A stretch of DNA of 64,000 bases from positions 30,965-94,964 of the forward strand of contig JAHLWZ010000151.1 of assembly GCA_020536535.1 (NCBI GenBank). Reading direction: 5' to 3'. The first letter of the stretch is position 1. The number at the start of each line of letters is the position of its first letter. A model generated the notes under the pieces. That model worked only from the letters and a program-made list of their open reading frames with translations, was not told where the DNA came from and did no database searches. Below are positions 23,786 through 35,015 of the stretch, piece by piece. Source of the DNA: Pelomyxa schiedti (taxonomy: Eukaryota; Protista; Evosea). The translations under genes and the position numbers were made by a program.

Positions 23786-26525
23786 CTAAGAAGTGAGTGC
23801 TTGGAGGGCATCAGCGGCACTGAGCCTGGTTGCTTTTTCAGGGTTCATCATCTCCATCATCACTGACTCAAGCAGCACAGGTTCCCCGTTGCTGCTATTG
23901 TTCTGCCGTCGCCTTTTTGTTGCTGTTGGTGTTGGTTGTGCTGCTTGCAATGCTGCTGCCCTTGCCTGCTGTGATGACGCCGATGAAAACAAGGGGATGG
24001 GGAAGTCGCAGAGGAGTGACTGGGTGTTGAATAAACTCATGTCGCGGCTCATGTCATGGTTCCCAATGAACTTGTGCTCAGGTGGCAGAAGAGCATTCCA
24101 GAAAGTGAGGGCGAGTGCAAAAGAGTCACACTTTGAGTATGAGAACACAGCGCCAGTGCCCCTCATGATCCCCTTGAGGAACTTGCCCAGCTCTGGTGGC
24201 ATCGTGCCTGTGTTGCCCCATGCCTGTGACGTGGTGGTCAACGTCATCTCCATGTTTGGGCAGTTCTGTGCCTCACCAAAGTCAATCAATGTCAATTTGC
24301 AAGTCTCTGGATCAACAAGAATGTTGTCTCCCTTGATGTCCCTGTGCCATTTGTTTGTTTGTTGGGTAACAATTTTGCGGGGGTGGAGACAAACCTGTGA
24401 ACAACAAAATGCGTCTCAATGTGGAAGATGGCCTTGAGTCCTTGAACAAACAGATTCTCAACTTCGAGTGTGCTCTTGTTGCTAGAGAAGGAAAGGAGGA
24501 ACGATGACAGTGTGATACCACAGTGGGGCATGAGGATGGCCAACGACTTGTTTCTGCCCAGCTCTCGAAAAGCAGATTGCTCTCTTGGTATTTTATCTGC
24601 AAAAGGTGCTGGAAGCCTGGAAAACGTGTGAGTTATTGACTTGATCGAGAAGTAATATGTGAAAAATAAATACCAAGGGATGACCAAAGCAGCAAGAGGG
24701 TGGATCACGTTTGGGTGATTTGGAACCAACGCGAGGGCAATGCATTCAACCATGTATTTCTGCCTCACCATTGTCTGCCGTGGTGTGTTCTCCCAGTTGA
24801 AAAGCACCTTCATGACCATGTCTGTGGTTGTTCTTCTCAGTGATGGTGATGATGGTGATGGAGAGGCTGTTGACGTGGCACTTATTTGGTTGTTATTGGA
24901 GCTGTTTGTGATGAATGTCGTGCCTCGGTATTGCACTTTGAACGCAGCAGCATTGGAACCAGTGCCAAGCAGTTTCACCACCTCAAAATCATCAATAGTT
25001 GCTGAAATCAGTGATGTCATTGTGTTTACAATTGTCTTATTGATGGGTGAGAGGGTTTTTTTTGACCTTTGTATGTGTGTTGTGGAGTGAGGAGCCAGAA
25101 CCTTGTATCGTTCCACTTCTTCTGTGAGGGCTTTCGTCAGGTTTTCGGCATTAGTGTGTTGTTGACGCAGAGCTGTCTCCGTTTCCTTTACACGGTTCAC
25201 AAGTTGTTCCTTCTCCATCTGTCATTTATTTGAGCGTGTGAAGAGAAACCTGACGAAAACCTTGATTCTTTCCACTTCATCTGTGAGCTGTTTCCTCAGA
25301 TTTTCGGCAACAGTTTGTTCCTGGAAATGTGTGACTTAAGTTTTTTTAAAGAACAAAGAAGAGGTGGGGCGTTGTACATCTGCAAGTTGTTTCTTCAGAG
25401 TGTCAACTTGCTGTGTGCGTTTTAATTTTAGTAAAGGCTTCAACCAACGCGCACCTCTTGAGAATGTGCCCTTTCTTCAACGAGCTGTTTTTTCAAGGAT
25501 TCCACTTCTTTTTCCAATATTTCAACAGTGGTCACTTGTTGTTGCACTACAGAGTTGGTCTTCCCACTGTTGCTCACTGGATATGAAGAGAGGACCTTTT
25601 CTGCACCCCTGTGGCCAAGTACGGCAGCCTTCACCAGCCAGTTCTGTGACTGCTCCACGTCGGAATCAACGCCATCGCCATCCCTGAGACACACACCAAG
25701 GTGAAACATTGAAACGGGGTCACCGCCCTCGGCACCCATCCGGAAATATCCAACAGCAGCCCTCTTGTCTATCGGCGCCCCGCAGTCTCCCCTTTGGCAA
25801 TACTCTCCAAGCTCCCCAAGTGCCTGCCCACCGCCCCGCGTCGCGTCGCTGAACAGCTCGAGGGCCTTGCCGGCGTCCAGGCCGACCCCAATGCCCCGCT
25901 CGTGGCAGTACCCAAGGAACACCTGGGCCTGGGCAGAGCACCAAACCCCCGCGGCGGCCTCGAGCAGCTTCGCGGCCTGCGCCACGTCCTTCGCGGCGCC
26001 CCACACGCCCCACAGGTAGCACCAGCCCAGGTACGCCTGCGCGTCGCTGTTCGTGTCCGACTTCTGGAACAGCTGCGCGGCCATTGCCCAGTCCCTCTTG
26101 ACGCCCTCGCCGCGCAGGTAGCACACGCCGAGGCGCCACGAGTGCCGCCTGTGTTGGGCGAGCGCGGCGGCTCTGTAGAGCGACACGGCCCTGCGGTGGT
26201 CGGGCTCCACGCCGACGCCGCGCTGGTAGCACAGGCCGAGCTGGGCCATGGCGTCGCAGTGGGACAGGCCGGCGGCCATGGTCCACGCCGAGACCGCCTT
26301 GGCGACGTCGCGGGCGGGCTCGGACAGCGTGCCGTAGTAGCACTCGCAGCCGACCGAGTACAGCCCCTCGGCGTTGCGTGCCTTGCTGTACCAGCGCAGC
26401 GCCTCGTCCAGGTTCTTGGACACCCCGCGTGTGCCGTTGTGGTAGCACCCACCAAGTTCACACATAGCCCTGGTGTCGCCTGCGTTTGCCTGCTCGACGA
26501 GGGAACCTATGCCACGGGTGGCCAT
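23786..26525 (-). CDS. Sel1-like repeat + coiled coil + PINK1-like protein kinase; multi-exon
   Basis: About 8 Sel1 repeats (e.g. AMAQLGLCYQRGVGVEPDHRRAVSLYRAAA). Kinase: LGTGSNAAAFK, VMKVLFN, HPNVI, GRNKSLAILM, HRDIKGDNILV, IDFG, GNTGTMPPE, YSKCDSFA. Confidence 0.85.
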
Positions 26526-26663
26526 CAAAGTTGTTGCTCGGACAGAAAAACACCAAACTTCCCCCTTCGAGGCATTACACTGTGGAATAGAAACAAGCTG
26601 GCTGTGTCAGCTTTCCACCCCAGATCATGTTTCAGTTCCCTCATAGGTGACGTTTCGTAGAAA

Positions 26664-27962
26664 ATGCAGGGTGAGCAACCCAAGTCGCCGGCGCCGAAGA
26701 AGCCAAGGAGCACAAAAACCAACCATCTGGTCCCGCCCCGATGGCTGGGTGTCATCACTTATGGGACTCAGTGTGTTTGGGCACGGGAACAAATGGCTGC
26801 CCTAACGATCGCGTGTCACTCTCCCCAGCGCTGCGGGATACGGTCCCCAGCATCGGTGTTGGGGCCCCACCTCGTTCGGCAATTGTGGGACGCCTGCGTT
26901 GTGAGCTGCCTGAGGGCTTTTGCCGTGGAAATTTGGGTGGGCTCAAAGGAACCCAGGGAAGAGCGCCGGTTATGCATCGTCAAGGTCCGCGTGTCGCCCC
27001 TGCTGTTGGGAATCACAAGTATTGAGTGTGTAGAACCGCCGGAGGAATTATGGGTCCGCTCCATGTTTAGTGACCAGTACTGGATTGATGAGAATAGAAT
27101 GTTCATGGACAAGGGGGTGCTGGAAGTAATAGGATGCATGCTTGTGGATACAAGAACTGGGAAGGAGAGGCACCTGATTCAGGAGGATCCCCACATTCCC
27201 GAGCTTTGCGTGAATGGGGAGTGGTGGTTGCAGCTCACAGAAAAGAATGGCGCTCCTTACCTTGTCATCACCAGTCTGACAGCTGAGAAGGAAAATGACC
27301 CTGTTCTTGTTCCACTACCTGATGACTATCACTTGGCCGTCGAAACGATCCGCTTCAACAAAGTGATGTCGTCACAGGCGGTGATTCTTCTCAACAGAAG
27401 AAGTTCCACCACTCAGCTGGTTATTTTTGATGTTACTAAGACACACGCAACGAAGAACCTGGAAGTTGAAAGCATTACAGAGTGCGTTTTTCCACCAGAG
27501 CACCTTGAAGATTTCCTTATGGAATCCCTTCTTGTGATGAAGAACAGAGCTGGGCAAAATGTGTTCATTGTTGAGACCTCCTATGACGGGTCATACCCCC
27601 CGGGGTTGGTGTTTGCGGTCCAATCGAATGGATGCCTCACTAAGCTCTATGATGAAGTTGGCACAGGGGTTGTCTCTCAGTTGAGCTCAACCCAGTTCTC
27701 CATTTACTACCCAAGGCTGAAAGAACTCCAAATTTTCGACTGCAATGACATCACAACAAGCAACCCTCGTCCATTGCAGACAATTCCGCATGTTGAACAC
27801 AGTGAATACCTTTCAGGTGGAGGGTTCATTGTGCTGGTTTCAGGTAAACAGAGGCTGCAGGTGATTGAAGCATCCTCAGGACTTATTGTTGCTTGCATTG
27901 GGTTTCTCGCGCCTGGGTGGTCCATCAAGCAACTAAACCAGACGGAGTCTTTCATGTGGTAA
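26664..27962 (+). CDS. Intronless hypothetical protein (432 aa), beta-rich C-terminal part
   Basis: Single clean ORF followed by AATAAA at about 27971. No known motif. Confidence 0.75.
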   Translation: MQGEQPKSPAPKKPRSTKTNHLVPPRWLGVITYGTQCVWAREQMAALTIACHSPQRCGIRSPASVLGPHLVRQLWDACVVSCLRAFAVEIWVGSKEPREERRLCIVKVRVSPLLLGITSIECVEPPEELWVRSMFSDQYWIDENRMFMDKGVLEVIGCMLVDTRTGKERHLIQEDPHIPELCVNGEWWLQLTEKNGAPYLVITSLTAEKENDPVLVPLPDDYHLAVETIRFNKVMSSQAVILLNRRSSTTQLVIFDVTKTHATKNLEVESITECVFPPEHLEDFLMESLLVMKNRAGQNVFIVETSYDGSYPPGLVFAVQSNGCLTKLYDEVGTGVVSQLSSTQFSIYYPRLKELQIFDCNDITTSNPRPLQTIPHVEHSEYLSGGGFIVLVSGKQRLQVIEASSGLIVACIGFLAPGWSIKQLNQTESFMW

Positions 27963-28234
27963 GCTGGGAGAATAAAAAGAAAAACCCCTATCTAAGATAA
28001 GTCTCGAGCTTTCACTTCATCAGGTGGCTGTGCTCTGTGATGTGTGGGGCATTCTGCTTCCTAGGATATTTTGCACACCCAAAGATGTTGGGCTGGCGGT
28101 AAGGGCGCCATGCCATGCATCATAAGTGAGGGGAACTCAGGCTCACACCTAAAAATCGTTGGGAAGCCGTGGTGCTGAGGCCAGGTCAAGATAAGAAACC
28201 CGGAGTCAGCGAGTTCGCGAAAAAAATCTCAACG

Positions 28235-30884
28235 ATGACTTTCGGGTCAGCAATTCTGCGGTTGTGTGTTGTACTTGGAGTGATCGTCAACGACGTTGGG
28301 TGTGATTGGTTGTGGACATCAACAGATACAAGCAGGTCCAGTTCGTTGGGTTCGTGCCTGCTTTGGGTTTATTATGGGAGGCGCCTTTGTTCAAGTTTTT
28401 GTTTTTAGGTTTTGATGCTACTATTGATTCACAGGGGAATGTGATTTGCCTTGGGATGAGGTTGGCTGCCTATTTCTTTACCCCCTTTTTCTTTTTTTCC
28501 CCCTCCCACAACTTAATAGTGATGGGCCAGTTGAGGGTGGTATCAGTGAAAGTGATCCTCATGCAGTACTTGTTGCATGGTCCAAAGAAGGAGAGACAAT
28601 GTTGCTCTGTTCATACTACTTACAAGCACTTACCCTCCTTGAAGATGGAAAGTGGATGTTCCAAACACTGACGCGGAATCAGCGGAAGAATTTAGTGTAG
28701 AAACTCCTAAGTTTTCTAAAACTGAGCAACCCCCAAGGGAGCAATTGCCATTGATAGTGACGACTACTTTTGGGTTGTAACCAGTGGGAGTATGTACAGT
28801 TCTCTACCCAATACAAGGAAGTTGTTCACGGAAGTGCAGGTCAAAGAATTTTTATCTATATTGGCGTGTCGAGTAGCGGCGAGCAATTCATTTTTGATTC
28901 ATTTATGCCATTTGATTTTGAGGATTGCTTCCCAATTCAACTTTACGTTGATTACAATGTGTGTTCAGCCGGGGTTTATTGTCTTGAAGCTCACCCCAAG
29001 TAGATGTACATGTGGATACTAACCAGGAAAGGTATTTTCAAATACCGTTTTGATATGTTCGATATTCCAATCTGGTATACGCTGTACTGCCTTGGAGAAT
29101 GCCAGTAAACTCCGTTCATACCTCTTTCATTCCTGATAAGGCCGCAGGAAGTTTGTATTCGATAACTCTGGCAGTGTATATGTATCATCAACCATTACTG
29201 GAACAAGAAATGTTTTTCTACAAAAACTGACCTTTAGGTATAGTCACTTAGCAAAGTGTAACACTGAATGAAATAGCGATTCAAATGCAACCTTAGTATG
29301 GAATATTACTCTTGAGGGTATTGGCACGCCAATAGGCATGTACACAGCAACCGATTTTCTGTCATTATATCTTGTATGTAGTTTCTAAATTGTGGCACAT
29401 AACAGTTAATAATAGGCCACAAATGTCGATTCCGTATGTGTGCATATTATTCAATTCCTTCCAACAGGAACAGTCATCCGTGAAAGTCTTGTAACAGCTA
29501 ATTTTAATACATCATTTAGTGCTGGCGGTTTGATAAATCAGACTATCCTCCTTGTATTACCGCTAAAAATTTGTCCTTTTGTTATAATCGACTTGCAGGG
29601 GGGAAAAGGGCTGGAAACTGAAGGTTCTGTGCCGACAGCTGTACTCCTTGCCTATGACATTTCATCGGCACGTACATTGTGGCAAGAAGATTCAGTGGGG
29701 AACTTTCAATCCAACTCACCATACAACGATGCTATGGTAAAGATTGTAACTTCATCCAAATTGTGTGCGATAGTGGGAACAATGCATGGAGATTCTTTTG
29801 GAAAGTGCGATCTAACTGTGAGTCTGTATTCTACTTGGGTTTTTCTCAAAATTTTGTGAGGTAGTCTTATTCATATCTTGAACGTAGGTATTTTCTCCCA
29901 CCTTAACTTTGAAGTTTATTTCCTTTCTTTCCAGTAACAGCGTTCAATGCCACTGCCTCCCTATATACTGAGCTGTGGAGTGATTTTATTACTGGCCAAC
30001 TTGAATGTGTTATTCCCCTTGACCGCTTTCTAGTGATGATTGTTGTGGGTGCCGCCTTCCTTACTACCATTACGATTTGCGCATGTGGTATGGGAATATT
30101 GCGCCCGGTTTCATCAGAATACTCCTATCAGGTTTCCACAACAATTTACCCTCCTCTCACGTGACATAGAAACTTGGCAGTGCCGAAAGAAAGTCAGATG
30201 AAAATATTCCTCAGGGCGGAACAAAGCGGTACGAAGATGACGATCAACAGCCACGTTCTCTATCTGGTACCCTGCGGGTACTTAAATGGGCACATGGGAT
30301 ATCTGCCTGTTGTACCCTTGTGCTTTCCATTATCGCCATTTTCATTAAGGGAGAAACAGCCTGGCCAGGTGCATGTGGTGAAAATTGGGAGTATGCTCTC
30401 TTCTTTTCTTTACCGATTAGTGTAACTTCTGCTAGTATCTGGAACCCACTTGCTTGTGCTCCAGTTTTCTACATGTGGCTGCTTATTCCAGAATACCTAG
30501 CTGACCTCATCTTCCTCTTGTGAGTGTTAGTTCTTCAGCAAATGACCATAATAACCCATTCATTCCTTTCCCAAAAACATAATAAGGTCCCGCAAGGAAA
30601 AACGCGTCTTGACTTTTGCCCTTGTTGACCTGGTCACCATCACCACCCTCATTCTCATGCCTCTTAGCCTCATGCTTTATGCCAACCACACCACGTGGTA
30701 TATCCTATGGTCCTGTGTGTGCCTCCTCATGATTCTGCGGGAATCCCTTGCTGTTGTTCTGACTGTCAAACACACTACCCATACTCATGCATCCCTTGTT
30801 GCTGGTATGTCTGTATTCCATTTCCTTGCCGCTGTGAGCTTTGCAGCACTTTTTTGCTGTATTTGGCCTGTACAACTAGACTAA
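28235..30884 (+). CDS. Signal-peptide protein with large ectodomain and C-terminal multi-pass membrane region; multi-exon
   Basis: N-terminal hydrophobic MTFGSAILRLCVVLGVIV, beta-strand-rich exons, then about 6 hydrophobic segments (30020-30884). AATAAA follows the stop. Confidence 0.6.
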
Positions 30885-31052
30885 ATAGAAATAAACACAA
30901 AAAAACAATTTGTTACTCCTGTTTGGCTTTAGAGCTTTGAAAAAGCTCCATTTGACATTTGGTGTTGGATAAATAGAATAGTACAGCGTTTTTTTTGGTT
31001 GGAGTGGTGGGGTTCCTCTGGTCCTGGGTGGATGGAAATCAAGTCACATTAA

Positions 31053-34000
31053 TCAGGTTTTCTTGCTGGTGGATGATCTTCCAGGCAGTCTGAAACCAGA
31101 AAAACCTTTGCCAGAAGTGCCTAAGGAGGTGGATGTCTGTGACTTGGGAAGCAGTCCAAAGCCTGCTCCTGAGTGTTTGCGGGGTTTGGTGGGAATAAGG
31201 GTTGGGGATTTGCTACTACCGCTGGATTCCGGTGGGGAATTCTGTGTGGGCATGTCGGGATGTAGTAACTGTTGCTGCTGTATTTCTTGTTGTTGATGTA
31301 GTGGGGGTGGTGGGATTGCTATGGGTGAATGTTGGGGAGCGGTTGGGGGAAGGATGTCACGTGGGATAGGGGGTGGTATATAACAGGAAACGGGAGGTGG
31401 TATTTCAGAGACGAAAGGAGGTTCTATATCACATGGTATTGGCGGGGGTATGTCAGTGGGTGTTATGTCGAGTGACGGTGGTGGTGGTGGGGGTACTATG
31501 GAGATGGAAGGAGGAGGAAGTTCGGCCTCGGCCTCAACTTGGGGTGGGATTTCGGGAGAGGTTGGAGGGGGACCTGGTGGTGGTCTGAGTGTGACGGAAG
31601 GTGCTGTAGGTTGTACTGGGGGCGGGCAAATGTCATCTGTTGGTGGATATTGCGGTAGTTCTATTTCCGATGCGAGGGGAGGGGGGTGATAGGAAAAATC
31701 TGGGGGTGTGCTGATTTCTTCATGGGGAGGTGGAACTACAATATCGGGGGGTGGCTTTTGATGAAGTGGAGGACTAGGGGGCAGCAATCCCTCTACGCTG
31801 GTTACTTCACTCTTTCGAAGGAACATGCTTCCCACAAGATCATCAATGGAAACATCTGTACAAGGGCTTGGGGGTGGTTAGTGTCACTAAAATCTGGTGT
31901 TTTTGGTACGAGCCTGATTGGTGTAAACGGGGGTACATCCAAATCCAATTCAAAACCAAAATCGCCCATAAGGTCAGAAAGACTTGCGGGTGGTGAAGTG
32001 GAAGTGGTGCTGGTGTCAAATGAATTGCGTGGAAAGCGCGTTGCTTGCGAAGTCTCTGTTGGAAACGGGGGAATGTCTTCATTCAAGCTTGGAGTTGGAG
32101 GGAGGCTAGGAGGGCTTTGCATCGGGGGAGATAACGGAGGAGTAACATAATTTGTACTGCCCTGTTGGTGGGTTTCAATTCCTGGGACTTGAATTTGAGG
32201 CCAATTTGAGTACGAGAAGGGTTCCACTCTGGGAATATCGGGTGTAGCTACATATTTAAAGAATAGTGTAGACAAAAACTGAGGCTTGTAAGAAAAAGCT
32301 TCTTTGAAGGGGGATACTTGTTTTTCTTTTTCTGCAGCTACGAGTCGATCTGCAAGCTCCTCACTATCCCTGTGAAAGATGTGAAATAATGATCAGGGAA
32401 ACCCAGCACGACGTACTGTGAGCGGAAGAAGCAGGTGGCAAAAATTGCTGCAATGCTATCTCGGGACATGGAAGTCTATTCATTTAAATGAAACATATTG
32501 CTAAAGGATGCATACAGCTTCTTCAGCTTCCGGAGTGCAGAAGTTTTGAACGAAAGTGATTAAATAGCCTATTGTGATCCTGTTGACCTCGGGAAGTTGC
32601 CCCAGAATGGAAAGGGGATCCTGTGCCTCCAGACATAAGGTACTTGGGATATTTTATGATCAAGTTGTGATTGAGAAGAATGTACTAGAGATTTGCGGGG
32701 ATGATTGGCTCAGGCAATGCCCTAAGCCAGAGCTTCAGTAAGGCAGCGCAGGTGTGAACATCAGATGGGGCTGGGTAAATTCCCTTATTGAGGTTTGATT
32801 TCGAGGTCTCAATCTCACTCACAGTGCCAGATATACGAAAGATGCAGGGGGCTTTTAGTCCTATCATAAATGAGAACTTATTTTGTGTCACATTTCATCA
32901 TACCGCCCAAAAATAAAATACTTTCACAACAGTACTTGACCAATAGAGGTATTTTTACAGGTCTGAGGAAATTAGCATTCTGTCTGGCGACAACATCTTC
33001 AAGGGGAACATGGAATATGGCGTTTGAGTTCTTTTTTGAAGGTTTGAGATTTTTCAGGGGTAAACCGCGTTTATCATACATCGAGCTGTGTAGCCTTTGT
33101 TGTGAAACTTGGTGGTTTCTTAACTTGTAAAAGGGAAGAACCAACCTGCAAAGAGTTACGCAAACATATTTAACCAGGAATAGCTCACCTTGCAGTAGGG
33201 CTCAAATCCAAAAGGGGGTGGTACAGAAAAAGCGTCATCCAATTTTTGGGTGAATTCTTCCAAGTCAATCGCTGGATCAATGCCAACAGACTCGGTTTCT
33301 AGTTGCTGCAATAACGAGCCTATGTCTTGATCAGCCTTGGCGATGATCTGGGAGAACAACACAAAGCAGTCCTATGCATGCATTTACTACAAACAAAAAG
33401 CGAGGAAGGGGACTTTTAGATGTGCCACTCTGCGGAAAAAGGCGTTGTAAAGATCCTATAACAAGGCAGTGAGCAGATTTATAATAATTTATCGACATAC
33501 AGTGAGTATTCCGGGCATTCCTTTGGTGTAATATTCTTCTTGTATTTTATTGGTAGCCATGATTTGCTGTCTGTACGCGCATTCAAGTTCTTTGATATCA
33601 TCACGAAGTTTATTCAGCTTTTTTTCCAGCTGGGGATAGTTGAGCTGTTACATAAAGACCTAGCAAGCAAAACACTTTGAGTTGCTCCCGCTTTTTCTTT
33701 GGATCTCCCTCGAGTTCCTTAATCTGCAGTTCCAAAATTTCTGCATCTCTGGAACTCCTATGAAATTGATCTTTTATCTGATTGAGGTTACATTTTATAA
33801 CTTCAGTAAGAAAACCTTGTTGAGCGCACTAACAGCATCGAGGTGCATCTTCATTTGATGCTGTGCATCTGAAATAGACTGTGTTGTTTCTTTTAGAGCC
33901 TTCTCTTGTCATAACGAGGGACTACCTTTTTTTTAATATTTTCCATTTCATCCACAAGTTTGGACAAAGGATTGCAAACAAGCTCCAGAATCTGCTTGGA

Positions 34001-34359
34001 AGCCATCTCCTGTAGAATCACGTACTCCTTTTCAGCCTTGAGGAGTTTGGCCCAAGCACTTGAGACAGTGCCCTCCTCGAACCACAGAGTTTCAGGAGCG
34101 CGACTAATGAGTTTGGAGGTTTGGGAAGCGAAATCTGCAAACAATTGTGCTCTCCCCTGGAAGTATTTCCACATTCTTTGCACAGAGTATATTTTTTGCT
34201 CATAGTTCTTCTGCACTTGGCAACAGCGATTCTACACATAGTGTTTGTTCCAAAGTAACAACAAAAAAAACCAAACGCGAAGACTAGCAAAGGGGGGGGG
34301 GGAAAGGGAGGGAAAGGGCACACAAGCAAACGCGAAAAAAAAGTTTTCTCGTCCCCCAT
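31053..34359 (-). CDS. F-BAR/FCH + RhoGAP + proline-rich protein (MEGAP/srGAP-like); multi-exon
   Basis: FCH-like KYFQGRAQLFADFASQTSKL...GTVSSAWAKL. RhoGAP IFHVPLEDV, IPLLVKYC, IFRISG (arginine finger), DVHTCAALLKLWLRALPEPIIP. Pro-rich tail. Confidence 0.88.
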
Positions 34360-34614
34360 GGTCGCTACACGAGAGGTTGACGCCACAAATATCGTGTTGT
34401 GCAACAAACAGTACTGTCAGAATGAGATCTCTCCTACCACACCACCACCAACCAAGACCAACTTAACCAGAATTAATAAAAGACAAAATTAAAATTGAAA
34501 CACCGCACCGCTCTGTCTGCTCCCTTTTTTAGTAAATGCGTTGATAGTTAAAGATCTATTTGATGATCCTGTCTTTCAAGGCTATTTCCACAGCCCCTTT
34601 CAGACCACGAATCC

Positions 34615-34714
34615 NNNNNNNNNNNNNNNNNNNNNNNNNNNNNNNNNNNNNNNNNNNNNNNNNNNNNNNNNNNNNNNNNNNNNNNNNNNNNNNNNNNNNN
34701 NNNNNNNNNNNNNN
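34615..34714. other. Scaffold gap (100 N) flanked by an identical 121-bp overlap
   Basis: 34494-34614 is identical to 34715-34835. Confidence 0.95.
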
Positions 34715-35015
34715 ATTGAAACACCGCACCGCTCTGTCTGCTCCCTTTTTTAGTAAATGCGTTGATAGTTAAAGATCTATTTGATGATCCTGTCTTTCAA
34801 GGCTATTTCCACAGCCCCTTTCAGACCACGAATCCTTTCCTGTGCAAGTTGGTGTTCCACTGATTTCACGTAAGTGTCGAAGGGACTCACCTCTGGAAGG
34901 TCGATCTTGCCCTTACTGAAACACACAGGAAGAGGCCCTATGGTAAGAGAACGGAATTTCTGTATGGCCTGTTAGCCCTTTGTGCACATAAAACCGTTTT
35001 GCTACAACCAATACC

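Noticed and set aside
25720-26660. Several long overlapping ORFs in other frames
   Set aside because: Stop-codon scarcity in high-GC DNA; only the Sel1 frame has recognisable repeats.
34494-34835. 121-bp exact direct repeat
   Set aside because: The copies abut both sides of a 100-N gap, typical of an unmerged contig overlap rather than a biological repeat.
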